From sequence record NC_047815.1: a DNA stretch of 64,000 nucleotides; one strand, written 5' to 3'. Below the pieces are notes generated by a model that saw nothing but the letters and a program-made list of their open reading frames with translations, had not been told where the DNA came from and did not search any database. Made by a program: the position numbers and the translations under genes. Shown in pieces: positions 53,329 through 62,656 of the stretch; position 1 is the first letter of the stretch; every line of letters starts with the position of its first letter.

Positions 53329-54918
53329 TTATTCGCCAGCAACAACAGCTACTGGAGTTGCAACAAACACGATAGCGACTTTCTTCGCCTGAGTGATTTC
53401 GACACGCACGTTATTCTCGTCAACCAAGATAACTTCATCTGGGATGATCTGATAGCCAGTGTCATCGTATACGGTAACTACACCGTACTTGCTGTTGGCG
53501 TTGTGCTCAAACGTGTGGACAGTAGCAGCAGTATCTTCCGCAGCAGTTTTGTCATACACGTAGGTCTTAGCTGCACCACTAGCACCACCAGCAGAGATAG
53601 CCTGGTCAACGTATGCTTTGTTGACAGCAGATGCATCAGTGTAGTCCGCAGCATCACCAGTCAGTTCCAGCGCAGCAACCGAACCACCAGTAGCATCGAT
53701 GAAGCCCAGAGTTTTCAGTGCAGCAGCATCAACAACAAACGCGCCGTTGTCTACAGTGATACCGTTTCCGAATGCAGCAGGAGCGATCTGAGCAAAGCCA
53801 ACACCGCCATCAGCAATCTTAACGCCATCAGCACCCGCAGCAAGACTAGCGCCATCCAGCTTAACGGCCAGTTCGTTGGTACCGTTGATTTCAACACCAC
53901 CAGCAGCAGCGACGTTAACACCGACTTTGTTGCCTACGATAGTAACAGCACGATCAACCTGAACGTTTAACGCATTGCCATCCAGAGTCAGACCATCACC
54001 AGCAGTCACACTTGACATACCGCCGAAGTTAGCCCACGCAGTACCGTCGAAACGAACATACTGCTCGGTGCCGTGGTTCCATGCGATAGCGCCATCCGCG
54101 CGATCGGCGGCTGGGTCAAACACTACATGGAAGTCAGCGCCATCAGATTCAACGATTGCGTTGTTGGCAACGTCTGTGATAGTACCGAAGTCAGCGTGCA
54201 GGTTAGCAGCATCGGTGATCACATAGCGCGAACCTTCTGCTTTGTTTGGTTGCAGAGTTGCATCGGTCTGTACAGCGTCAATATCTTCCTGCCAGTTCAT
54301 ACCGGCCAGCGCGTTGTCAATGTCGATCTTACGAGCAGCATCGTTAGCGTTGGTAGGAGCAGCAAGGTTAGTTACCTTATGTCCATCGGCATTCAGATCA
54401 CCAGACAGTTGTGCATTGTCACGCGACAGTTTGCTGTCTAACTGAGTCTGAACAGCAGAGGTAACGCCTTCCAGATAACCCAGTTCAGCAGCAGTAACGT
54501 TGCTGGTGGTCAGAGTGTTGTCTGCGCCTGCAACAACGATACCGTTCTCGGTCAGGCCAGTGAACTTGTCTTGCTTACCGCCAACGGCAGTAGAGATAGA
54601 GTCGTTCATGTAGCCTTTAGACACAGCGGCAGTCTCTTCTGACGCAGACTGGTCAGTGCTTGACAGAGTTAGGTCAGCAGTCATAGGCACTAAGCCATCT
54701 GCCGTGACGATACCCTCAGGAACTTCACCGCCGCTGCCGCCAAACTCTTGAATGGCGGTGCCATCAAAGTATTTGTATTTCTTGTCGGTGCTGTTGTACC
54801 AGATAACCGCTTCTTGTCCGGCTACGAGGCTTGCAACATCTGGATCTGCCGCTAATACTTCTGGGCGGAAGTTCTTGATTGATGCACCAACGAGTAACTG
54901 TAGATTACCAGTACGCAT
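53329..54918 (-). CDS. tail/head fibre-like protein
   Basis: Fibre repeats VTNLAAPTNANDAARK, AVSKGYM, AVNKAYVD; VTAGDGL; C-terminal HN module; Ala/Gly/Asp-rich. Confidence 0.65.
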   Translation of the reverse strand: MRTGNLQLLVGASIKNFRPEVLAADPDVASLVAGQEAVIWYNSTDKKYKYFDGTAIQEFGGSGGEVPEGIVTADGLVPMTADLTLSSTDQSASEETAAVSKGYMNDSISTAVGGKQDKFTGLTENGIVVAGADNTLTTSNVTAAELGYLEGVTSAVQTQLDSKLSRDNAQLSGDLNADGHKVTNLAAPTNANDAARKIDIDNALAGMNWQEDIDAVQTDATLQPNKAEGSRYVITDAANLHADFGTITDVANNAIVESDGADFHVVFDPAADRADGAIAWNHGTEQYVRFDGTAWANFGGMSSVTAGDGLTLDGNALNVQVDRAVTIVGNKVGVNVAAAGGVEINGTNELAVKLDGASLAAGADGVKIADGGVGFAQIAPAAFGNGITVDNGAFVVDAAALKTLGFIDATGGSVAALELTGDAADYTDASAVNKAYVDQAISAGGASGAAKTYVYDKTAAEDTAATVHTFEHNANSKYGVVTVYDDTGYQIIPDEVILVDENNVRVEITQAKKVAIVFVATPVAVVAGE

Positions 54919-54937
54919 TACTTATCTCCTGAGTGTT

Positions 54938-55687
54938 TTAAAAGTACCTGATATCGCATTCAGCTAAACTTGCACGCAAGCTACTGTAAGCAATACGTCG
55001 GCCTTCGGTGCCATTAATGAATTTTTCATCAATGCTGTGTTTGACACGAAGCTGAATATCTTCACCGTACGGCTCCAGCAGCTTGTGGCTGGTATAAACA
55101 GAAGCACGCAACAGTGGAATGCTTGTCTCGCTTACTTCCATGAGTGCTAGATCAATCTTGTCTGCATACACGAAAGGTTCGGGACGACGCACGATCAGAT
55201 AATCAACCTCATGCAAGTTAAATAAGGTATAGTTCATATACCCAATAGTAAAGTCCACAATCAATGCGAATGATTCGGACATGTCTTCCTTGAACTGGTG
55301 ATTAAGCAGCTTACACACGTAAGGCATAATCTTTTCACGCATATCAATCCACACAGAGGTAAACTCACTTGAGAAATCCTCTGGATTGTTTAGCATGATA
55401 TTGTGAACAAGTCGTTCCATCTGTACAAACGATTCGATCATTGTTTCTGTATCAGCACGAGAGCTAATGCCGTGGCCTGCACGAATGTACAGGCGCTCTA
55501 CATGCATCAACCAGTCAGTAGCTGACGAAACATATTGCAAAAGGGTCTCACGAGCTTGTGCTGTGAACTCGTGTCTGTTGGAATCAAGTATCTCGCCCAG
55601 CATAAACGCTTTGGCCTTATAAAACTCGGCATAGCGTTCGGCTGTGAAGCGTCTGAATCCAATGTTGTTTTTAAGGTAACCTTTCAT
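54938..55687 (-). CDS. helical hypothetical protein
   Basis: GAGGGAG RBS; 4-nt overlap with the upstream gene. Confidence 0.7.
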   Translation of the reverse strand: MKGYLKNNIGFRRFTAERYAEFYKAKAFMLGEILDSNRHEFTAQARETLLQYVSSATDWLMHVERLYIRAGHGISSRADTETMIESFVQMERLVHNIMLNNPEDFSSEFTSVWIDMREKIMPYVCKLLNHQFKEDMSESFALIVDFTIGYMNYTLFNLHEVDYLIVRRPEPFVYADKIDLALMEVSETSIPLLRASVYTSHKLLEPYGEDIQLRVKHSIDEKFINGTEGRRIAYSSLRASLAECDIRYF

Positions 55688-56169
55688 TGCAACTCCCTCA
55701 AGTCGCTAAAGCCACCACCTGCGGTGCCGGTTGTTTGATACAACGCACCAGAGATACTTTGTACGCGCTGACGCAATCCAGTAAGTTCTAAACGCATATC
55801 ATGGACAGTGCGTAAGATCTCCTGTTGAATTTCAGTACCGTCCTTTGCATCTTTGGAAATCGTTGATAGCGTGCGTTCAAAACGCTGCATAGCCTTGTAG
55901 ATGCTATCGATTCCTTCCTTGAAATCAAGATTATCAACAGGACCAGCTTCCGCCATAGCCGTTATAGCTTGCTGGATTAGGGCAAGCTGTTCTTTCGATT
56001 CGCTAGAGTCGAATGTTCCTGCCTCTTCCTTTGCTTCCAGTTCTTTCAGTCGTTCTAAACGAGGCAGAACATAAAAGTAATATCCGATAATTGCAGCAAC
56101 CGCCACAATCACGGATAGAATAGTTGGAAAATTCGAACCTAGTATCTGACCTATGAGATCTGTCCACAT
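55684..56169 (-). CDS. single-TM coiled-coil membrane protein
   Basis: TM ILSVIVAVAAIIGYYFYVL followed by heptads. Confidence 0.7.
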   Translation of the reverse strand: MWTDLIGQILGSNFPTILSVIVAVAAIIGYYFYVLPRLERLKELEAKEEAGTFDSSESKEQLALIQQAITAMAEAGPVDNLDFKEGIDSIYKAMQRFERTLSTISKDAKDGTEIQQEILRTVHDMRLELTGLRQRVQSISGALYQTTGTAGGGFSDLRELQ

Positions 56170-56175
56170 CTTTAT

Positions 56176-56490
56176 CTATCCTTTACAGGAATTATCGTTT
56201 AGGCTGATAACCAATCGATGTGCCCCAGGTTCATTCACATCGGTGGTCTGATAGATGTGTGCAATCTTAGGCTTGAACTCCGAACAGTTCTGGCCATAAG
56301 TACCTGTCACTGTGCATATAGCACTGATGCACCTCACTTCCTCTCTATCGACTTGATTGACAGGTTGTGGATTAACAGTTCGTACAGAGGAGACAACGAG
56401 ACTGATCAACAGCAAACACGCAACGGCAACTAGGCACATACGGATAACTTTGGTGTTCACCAGAATTACCTCCACTCTAATTGTTTTCAC
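56176..56490 (-). CDS. small TM-anchored protein with Cys-containing periplasmic domain
   Basis: TM MCLVAVACLLLISLVV; Cys residues in the soluble part; exact start uncertain. Confidence 0.6.
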   Translation of the reverse strand: MKTIRVEVILVNTKVIRMCLVAVACLLLISLVVSSVRTVNPQPVNQVDREEVRCISAICTVTGTYGQNCSEFKPKIAHIYQTTDVNEPGAHRLVISLNDNSCKG

Positions 56491-56493
56491 GAA

Positions 56494-56502
56494 TAAATTA
56501 CT
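56494..56502 (-). promoter_or_regulatory. candidate late-promoter motif AGTAATTTA
   Basis: Intergenic, upstream of the membrane-protein operon. Confidence 0.4.
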
Positions 56503-56526
56503 GAAAATCGAGTGGAGGCAAAAGGT

Positions 56527-57537
56527 TTACTCTGTAATAACTCCAGCAATATCCTCAAACATATTCTTGTAGACAATGCTAGCACCGAGGTCTTTTAAAC
56601 GGTCTGGGTCGACATAAAGCTGAGGTATTACTTGGTCTATCTGAATTTGGTCACCAGAAATCTTAGCACCAACAATGCGCGGTATAAACACAATGCTGAG
56701 ATTTCGATTGCCCCTAACCAATGATATATCAACATGCCTTTTGTTTGAGGCAACGATGTAATCATTTATGCGGTCTTGATCCAGAGTCTGATTGAACTCA
56801 GGATCAAACACAGTTCCTACAAGACTGACAAGGATGCCTTTCGGCTTGGACTGCAATTCTAACAATACGCGTTTTAAATCGCTTAATGTACCAGCACGGT
56901 TAAGATCTACCTCATGACCACGATCGCGGAGACACGCTGTTAAAGCTCGCGCGTCTTCTGCATGAAAGCTGTTTTCATCTCGGATGATATAGATAGGGTT
57001 GTCGTACAGGTAACCTCTACTCATGATGCGCTCAATCATTGCACATGTTGGGTTATCCTGTACGGTGCTGGCTTTGTACACGGTGATAAATTTTGAGCCG
57101 TATGTCTTCTGAACGCTTGGCGACATGTACTTCATGTAATCATCATCCATGCTGACAATATATCGAGGCTGCATGGATTCAATAACACGCTGTACACTTT
57201 GCACCGCTGTCCTGTATTCAATGTCAGACATAACCCTGCTGATTGGAACATACTGAACAATCAACGAGGGTGTGTCTAAGCTGTCTACAAGACCTCGGAT
57301 TACACTAGACCCAATGTAAGGCCCAGCGTTGTACTGGGCGACTACAAGAATACTGTTTTTAGTTGTGAACTGAGCAGGTATCGTGTTGACTTCTGCCTTG
57401 TTGCTTAACTGGTCGGACTGTCCGTCTGTGCTAGCGGCATATAGATAAGTTGAGCAACACCAGAGACAGGCTCCAAAAACGTAAGCAGCAATACGTTGTC
57501 TGGGTCGTCTTCTGACGGGTTCATAGTTTCCGGCCAT
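56527..57537 (-). CDS. secreted protein, ABC substrate-binding / periplasmic binding protein-like
   Basis: Signal peptide RRRPRQR-IAAYVFGACLWCC-LYAA; alternating beta/alpha pattern, SILVVAQYN...QPRYIVSMDDDY. Confidence 0.55.
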   Translation of the reverse strand: MAGNYEPVRRRPRQRIAAYVFGACLWCCSTYLYAASTDGQSDQLSNKAEVNTIPAQFTTKNSILVVAQYNAGPYIGSSVIRGLVDSLDTPSLIVQYVPISRVMSDIEYRTAVQSVQRVIESMQPRYIVSMDDDYMKYMSPSVQKTYGSKFITVYKASTVQDNPTCAMIERIMSRGYLYDNPIYIIRDENSFHAEDARALTACLRDRGHEVDLNRAGTLSDLKRVLLELQSKPKGILVSLVGTVFDPEFNQTLDQDRINDYIVASNKRHVDISLVRGNRNLSIVFIPRIVGAKISGDQIQIDQVIPQLYVDPDRLKDLGASIVYKNMFEDIAGVITE

Positions 57538-58226
57538 ATTACTTCACCTTCCTCAGAAAGCACCAGAGCAAAGCCAGAGCCTGCGCCAAATTCATGACGC
57601 AGGGACCAGACTGAATCAGCTTCCTGTTGAAGGAATACTTTGCCTGTCACTGTGGCTTTGTTTACTTCGAGAGCATCAACACGACTGCCTAACAATTGCT
57701 GTGCTGTTTTGAGAGTACGAATGTCCGCTGTGTTGACGTTGACACGCGCGTTCAAGTTGTTGAACATGGTAAAGAAGCTGGTATTCATCGCAGTACGAAC
57801 ACCGTCCGTATACGACTTAGGAACCAACTCGTTAGCATCATATGTAGTAGCACCAGTACGAGCTAACACTTTACCAAGAAGCTGACCGCCTTTGCCGCTA
57901 AGAATCTGTGGGGTAGGTAGGTCAGCCGAATCCCATGTCTGCACTGTTGTCAAAGCATCATCATAATCCGTAACTTCCGACCACGTATTAGTATACGGGC
58001 TGGTGGCTGTCTTTGAGCTACGACGCAACAAGTGTTTATAGTTTGCACTAGCGGGATCTGTAATCAACCACAGACCATTGAGAGGAAAGATGCGATCAGG
58101 TTCTTTGTATGCAAGAATCAAGATAACGTCAGGCGCTAGGCGGTACACAATGTCGTTGGTGCTGCTGTGACCCTGCTGAACGGCTAAGTCCACCAGCGTG
58201 TCAAGATAATCGCTCAACTTACTCAT
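57405..58226 (-). CDS. structural protein with C-terminal HN-like module
   Basis: ANELVPKSYTD fibre-type motif, coiled coil, WSLRHEFG...DNVLLLTFLEPVSGVA. Confidence 0.65.
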   Translation of the reverse strand: MSKLSDYLDTLVDLAVQQGHSSTNDIVYRLAPDVILILAYKEPDRIFPLNGLWLITDPASANYKHLLRRSSKTATSPYTNTWSEVTDYDDALTTVQTWDSADLPTPQILSGKGGQLLGKVLARTGATTYDANELVPKSYTDGVRTAMNTSFFTMFNNLNARVNVNTADIRTLKTAQQLLGSRVDALEVNKATVTGKVFLQQEADSVWSLRHEFGAGSGFALVLSEEGEVIWPETMNPSEDDPDNVLLLTFLEPVSGVAQLIYMPLAQTDSPTS

Positions 58227-58692
58227 CGGAGTCCTCTCCTGTGTTTAAAATTGATTCGCTGTGTCTCGCAACGGCGGCTGCGATAAGCTCACATGCCGCT
58301 TTGTCGATTGTAACGACAACAAATTTACCTGAAAGATCAGTACACAGGAGTGTTTGAGGAACATATTGAGCAAGAGCGATTGCAGCAAGCAACACTCTGC
58401 CAAATATACCACCTAGCGTTATCTGAATGTTAAGCTCAGGCACCGATATCATTTCTTGAATCTCGGTAGTATACCGCTCAACATTCTTTATATCGAATTC
58501 TTGAACGGGAGTCCCTTTATATTCTGCACGCAGTTCTATTGTGCGTGTCTCTGGAACAAACTCAAAAGCCGACATATCACCAACTATGCGGCCCCAGAGT
58601 TCATCACTAACTTCGATACAGTTGTCATCGGTCTGTTCTCGACTTCTGCCAACGATCTTGTTTGTTTGTGGGTTAATGCGGACGATTACCAT
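58219..58692 (-). CDS. hypothetical protein, possible fibre assembly chaperone
   Basis: Located downstream of the collagen-fibre gene; function inferred from position. Confidence 0.55.
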   Translation of the reverse strand: MVIVRINPQTNKIVGRSREQTDDNCIEVSDELWGRIVGDMSAFEFVPETRTIELRAEYKGTPVQEFDIKNVERYTTEIQEMISVPELNIQITLGGIFGRVLLAAIALAQYVPQTLLCTDLSGKFVVVTIDKAACELIAAAVARHSESILNTGEDSDE

Positions 58693-59514
58693 TTAGTCCC
58701 CCGTTGCATGGAAGAAGAAGTCCCAATCAACGACGTTCTGTCCGGTAGACTTGATAATGAATCCGCCGAGCAAGAAGTTTTCGTTCACTGCGCTTGTGCC
58801 ATCTAAATTATAGATCGCAAAGGTCTTGGCTTGGTTTACTGACACGTTGAGGAAGGTAATGTTGAGGCTTACACAACGGTTGATAAACGGCGTGTTGAAA
58901 AGTACGTGAACGGTATCTTGCGTTTTAGCAGCAATCTGGCGACCCATGTTCTGAGTAAAGCCAGTGTTGAGATCGCGGTTTGATGCCGTGTATGCGTTTG
59001 CAACAGCAGCACCTGTGAGTGGGTCAAGCACCTGACTGACAGCATAATCATCGATAGCTGCATCACGACCGGGATTACCAGTAGGGCCTGTAGAACCAGT
59101 AGGGCCAACGGGACCAGTATCACCAGTAGGTCCAATTGGTCCGGTATCACCAGTAGGTCCATTGCGACCGGGATCACCTTTAACGCCAGGACAGCCAGGT
59201 TCACCATCACGACCATCACGGCCATCTTTGCCTGGAGTGCCTTGAATACCCTGCTTGCCTTGAACACCCTCGCGACCACTTTTAAGTTGATCAGCAGTTG
59301 GCAAGCCCGTTACTGAGGCTTGCGTACCGTTAGGAAAGATGATCGTCAAAGTGCCGGACTGTGAATCAAAGTTAGCACTGCTACTTGTAGGTATTTCTTC
59401 AATCTCACTAGGATTAGCCCAACCTACAGCGTTAATCCCAGTCTTTGTCAACACTTGACCAGCAGGACTTGTTCCAGGACTAATCATGCTAGGCTTTACT
59501 GTTACTATTCCCAT
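58693..59514 (-). CDS. collagen-like fibre protein
   Basis: 24 consecutive Gly-X-Y triplets; C-terminal QNMGR...FNTPF...[10 protein letters not shown] gp53-like tip domain. Confidence 0.85.
   Translation of the reverse strand: MGIVTVKPSMISPGTSPAGQVLTKTGINAVGWANPSEIEEIPTSSSANFDSQSGTLTIIFPNGTQASVTGLPTADQLKSGREGVQGKQGIQGTPGKDGRDGRDGEPGCPGVKGDPGRNGPTGDTGPIGPTGDTGPVGPTGSTGPTGNPGRDAAIDDYAVSQVLDPLTGAAVANAYTASNRDLNTGFTQNMGRQIAAKTQDTVHVLFNTPFINRCVSLNITFLNVSVNQAKTFAIYNLDGTSAVNENFLLGGFIIKSTGQNVVDWDFFFHATGD
59062..59277 (-). repeat. collagen Gly-X-Y repeat (24 triplets)
   Basis: GRE GVQ GKQ ... GPT GNP GRD. Confidence 0.9.
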
Positions 59515-59525
59515 CTACATATCCT

Positions 59526-59732
59526 CTAGCCGGTAAGTGACGTCCACTCAGGCTGTCCGTTTGTGGCGGTGTACTCAGGGTTACGGACTTTCGTGTTGTT
59601 GATAGTCATACGTGCCCATTGCACACTGCCATCAGCAGCCGTGTAACGAATCTTTGTTCCACCTGTAGCTAAATTAGCTACCCACTTGTCCGTGCTCGGA
59701 TCTTTGAATGCTAATCGTGCATAAGCTGGCAT
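59526..59732 (-). CDS. small hypothetical protein
   Basis: AAGGAG RBS; MPAYARLAFKD start. Confidence 0.65.
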   Translation of the reverse strand: MPAYARLAFKDPSTDKWVANLATGGTKIRYTAADGSVQWARMTINNTKVRNPEYTATNGQPEWTSLTG

Positions 59733-59742
59733 TCTTTTCTCC

Positions 59743-62613
59743 TTAAATCTCGTTCGGCTCAAAGCACAGGATAGGACGACGATATACTTGGAACACACCA
59801 ACAGGGGCAGCAGCACTACCAAGATAATCACTGGCATTCGTACTCAAGCGTGCAGTACCTGTTAATAACTTAGTACGATCATGCGACCATTGACAACGAC
59901 CACAAGACTCTGCTTCGATTGTAGCATCATCATCCCAGCCCTCAGTCTCAAACGTCTTGTTCCAGCCGTTGAAGTGGTGCGTAGAGAAGCCACCGTTACC
60001 GCAGCTACACAGAACCATATACTGATAGTTGTACTCAAGTGTCAGTCCGTAGTTGGATCCCTTAGGAATAGCTGTGCCGTTATTGTTCATAACAAGCTGC
60101 CAACCTGTACGATCTGTTTCACCGATAGACATAAACAGAGGACGTCTGATAATCATCATCAAACCATTCTCTGTGCCGTTATCGTTGGACTTGGTGCAGC
60201 GTGCGTTCATGGTCATGCTGCGACTTACTTCAAACAAGGTTGAGTTCGAGAAATCTTGGTTGTATACCGATGCAGCCCACTGAGGAAGGTTCTCAGCAGC
60301 AGGAACAATAAAGTGACGTTCTGCAAGTTCAAGAGTACCGTAGCGGTCATAGGCAAACGCGATGTACTCATAGCCTGGGTCAATCGGGATATTGTGACCC
60401 TGACTGCCTGGACCGTTCCACTTCCACAGCACCTGCCAGTCGTTTGTATCACGGCCGGGAATACCATCAATCAAGTTGTAGCTACGTTGATAGATCTGCC
60501 ACACACGCGCATTGCCCGCAGCAAAGTACAAGCTAGCTGGATTGTTTCTGTCGCCACCGCAAGACAGCAAGTGGTCAGGACCAGCTTCGTTGTATGCAAT
60601 GCTTCCGCCAACTCCATCAAACATATCCCAGTTCATCATCAGATGCGAGGTACACAATTCGTTTGGACCACTGTCATCTGTTGTTGTGACAAGATACTCA
60701 GTTAGATTGGCAAAAGGATAGTTAACTTGTGCTGCGCCTGCACCACTATAAACACGAATCCAGTCATGAGATTGAACAATCGGCATAGGCAAGCATGGGT
60801 TTTCAACTTCAACCACAAAGTCTGTTGCATCGGTCATAGACAGCTTTTTGAAACGCAAGTCCGTGATACGCGCATTGTGATTAACACCATACGTTTTGCC
60901 TGCATCTACTACATCGATTTCTTTGTAGTAGGACATGTGCGCACTTTTGGTATTATCAAACAGACCAGTGATAGGCATGTTGAGTGCTGTGTAGCTGTTG
61001 GTGCCAGTCATGTATGGATTGCCGTTGCGATCAAAATCATAACCAACATCAAACCAAGCATCAGGATCTGATTCTTTCGTGCCCTTCAACATTTCGTTGA
61101 TGGCATTACCTTCGCCCACACCAGGACTACCAAAGCAGTTGTACGCAGTACGATAGTAAAACGCGCTGCCTTCAAAGATACGCGAGCTAGCGCCGATACG
61201 ATACATAGCTTGAGGAAGACCGCCTAGAGTTCTGTTCTTTTCGGCAGTATCGTTCATAGCAACCAGAACCCAATAGTCACTTGAGATAGTGTTTAGGAAC
61301 TGAGCCATAGCTGCGGCGTTACTAGCACCAGGCTGACCGCCTTGACCACCAGCTTCGAGGTCATATGTTCTACGGTCAACAAGCACATGATCGCTTTTAC
61401 GAATCTGGAACACGTTGAAGCCACGAACCAAACTGTAGTGCGCGCCAAATATGTCAACGTAGCTGCTATCGCCAGTATCAATCGTGCGTTGATAGCCTAC
61501 GGTATGGCAAAAGATAGCTGATCGTTGTTGCACTGACTGACCGTTCTCTGAGGCCCAGTCGATACGCAGCGAACCCGCAGCAAGTTTATTCGACCAATCA
61601 TCGGGCTTGTATGGATTAGTAGTCACATCAAACGATACAGCATAGCCAGTACCTTCTTCCACGCAGCACGCATCACGATAAAAGACCGGTGGATCAAGCA
61701 CTGTGTCATCAGTAATGTCTACGTTGCCTGTAAAGAACTTCAACCACGCTCCAGGCTGACCTCCAAGAGAAGCAGGGCCTGCCGAGGTTGCAACGTTGAA
61801 CTGATAAGCAGCGGACGTGCGATACGTTTCTTGAATATGCAGCGCACTAACGTTGGTCCAACTAATATGGTCTTGATATACTTGCTTGCTACGCGCTTCA
61901 CCGTTCTCGGTAGCAACTACATAACCACTACCGTTAGATACGATACCCATTCCGCTGTAGACTGCGTTGAAGTTAGAGTTACCTTCATACGGACCTTTCT
62001 GCAACGTGATAACACTTACACCGTTCTTGATTGCTGTTTGTAAGGCGTTGCACATTGCAGTAGGCAGCGTTTGATTTGGTGCAGACAGCAGCAAGATAAC
62101 ACCTGCAAACTGATGGAAGTAATGCTCGTTGCTGTCATAACCATAAGCACCACCCAGAACATCTGTGTAGATGTGAGGCAAGGTGTCAAGTCCACTGCGT
62201 CGTAGATAAGCAGCAAGCTGTCCCCAACAGTTGTAGTTTGTCTGATCATCAACAGAGGCATAGTCAGACATAACAAGCCAAGAAAGTCCGTTAGCTGTGT
62301 TAGCGTTGTATCTAATCTGCGTCATCAAGTGGCGCAAGCAACCGATATTGTTGTATGTTTTATTTTGATAGTCACCCACCCAGCCTTGTCCTGCTACAAC
62401 AGCAATCGAACCAGCACGGGTGAATTGACCATTCATAAATACGGAGCCAAATCCGCAAATGTAACCAAGAGTATGGCCATCAATAACCATAGACGTAAAG
62501 CGGCTGCTGTCTACGCCCATAGCATTTGCTTCTGCTTCTGTGCCGCCGCCTGGACTGCCTGTAAACACAGGCGTTATCCCGCGTGCATACAAGCTACTGT
62601 TTCTGATTGTCAT
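59743..62613 (-). CDS. large modular tail/baseplate protein with ILEI/PANDER-like lectin domain
   Basis: RGFNVFQI...RRTYD...MAQFLNTI...VLVAMND...AMYRIGAS...YRTAYNCFG; repeated WQxxY segments near the C-terminus. Confidence 0.6.
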   Translation of the reverse strand: MTIRNSSLYARGITPVFTGSPGGGTEAEANAMGVDSSRFTSMVIDGHTLGYICGFGSVFMNGQFTRAGSIAVVAGQGWVGDYQNKTYNNIGCLRHLMTQIRYNANTANGLSWLVMSDYASVDDQTNYNCWGQLAAYLRRSGLDTLPHIYTDVLGGAYGYDSNEHYFHQFAGVILLLSAPNQTLPTAMCNALQTAIKNGVSVITLQKGPYEGNSNFNAVYSGMGIVSNGSGYVVATENGEARSKQVYQDHISWTNVSALHIQETYRTSAAYQFNVATSAGPASLGGQPGAWLKFFTGNVDITDDTVLDPPVFYRDACCVEEGTGYAVSFDVTTNPYKPDDWSNKLAAGSLRIDWASENGQSVQQRSAIFCHTVGYQRTIDTGDSSYVDIFGAHYSLVRGFNVFQIRKSDHVLVDRRTYDLEAGGQGGQPGASNAAAMAQFLNTISSDYWVLVAMNDTAEKNRTLGGLPQAMYRIGASSRIFEGSAFYYRTAYNCFGSPGVGEGNAINEMLKGTKESDPDAWFDVGYDFDRNGNPYMTGTNSYTALNMPITGLFDNTKSAHMSYYKEIDVVDAGKTYGVNHNARITDLRFKKLSMTDATDFVVEVENPCLPMPIVQSHDWIRVYSGAGAAQVNYPFANLTEYLVTTTDDSGPNELCTSHLMMNWDMFDGVGGSIAYNEAGPDHLLSCGGDRNNPASLYFAAGNARVWQIYQRSYNLIDGIPGRDTNDWQVLWKWNGPGSQGHNIPIDPGYEYIAFAYDRYGTLELAERHFIVPAAENLPQWAASVYNQDFSNSTLFEVSRSMTMNARCTKSNDNGTENGLMMIIRRPLFMSIGETDRTGWQLVMNNNGTAIPKGSNYGLTLEYNYQYMVLCSCGNGGFSTHHFNGWNKTFETEGWDDDATIEAESCGRCQWSHDRTKLLTGTARLSTNASDYLGSAAAPVGVFQVYRRPILCFEPNEI

Positions 62614-62627
62614 TGTTGATCCTTAAA

Positions 62628-62646
62628 GGGGAGAACAAGTCTCCCC
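62628..62646 (-). terminator. hairpin / probable terminator
   Basis: Minus strand GGGGAGA-CTTGT-TCTCCCC followed by TTT. Confidence 0.5.
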
Positions 62647-62656
62647 ACAAGAAGGC

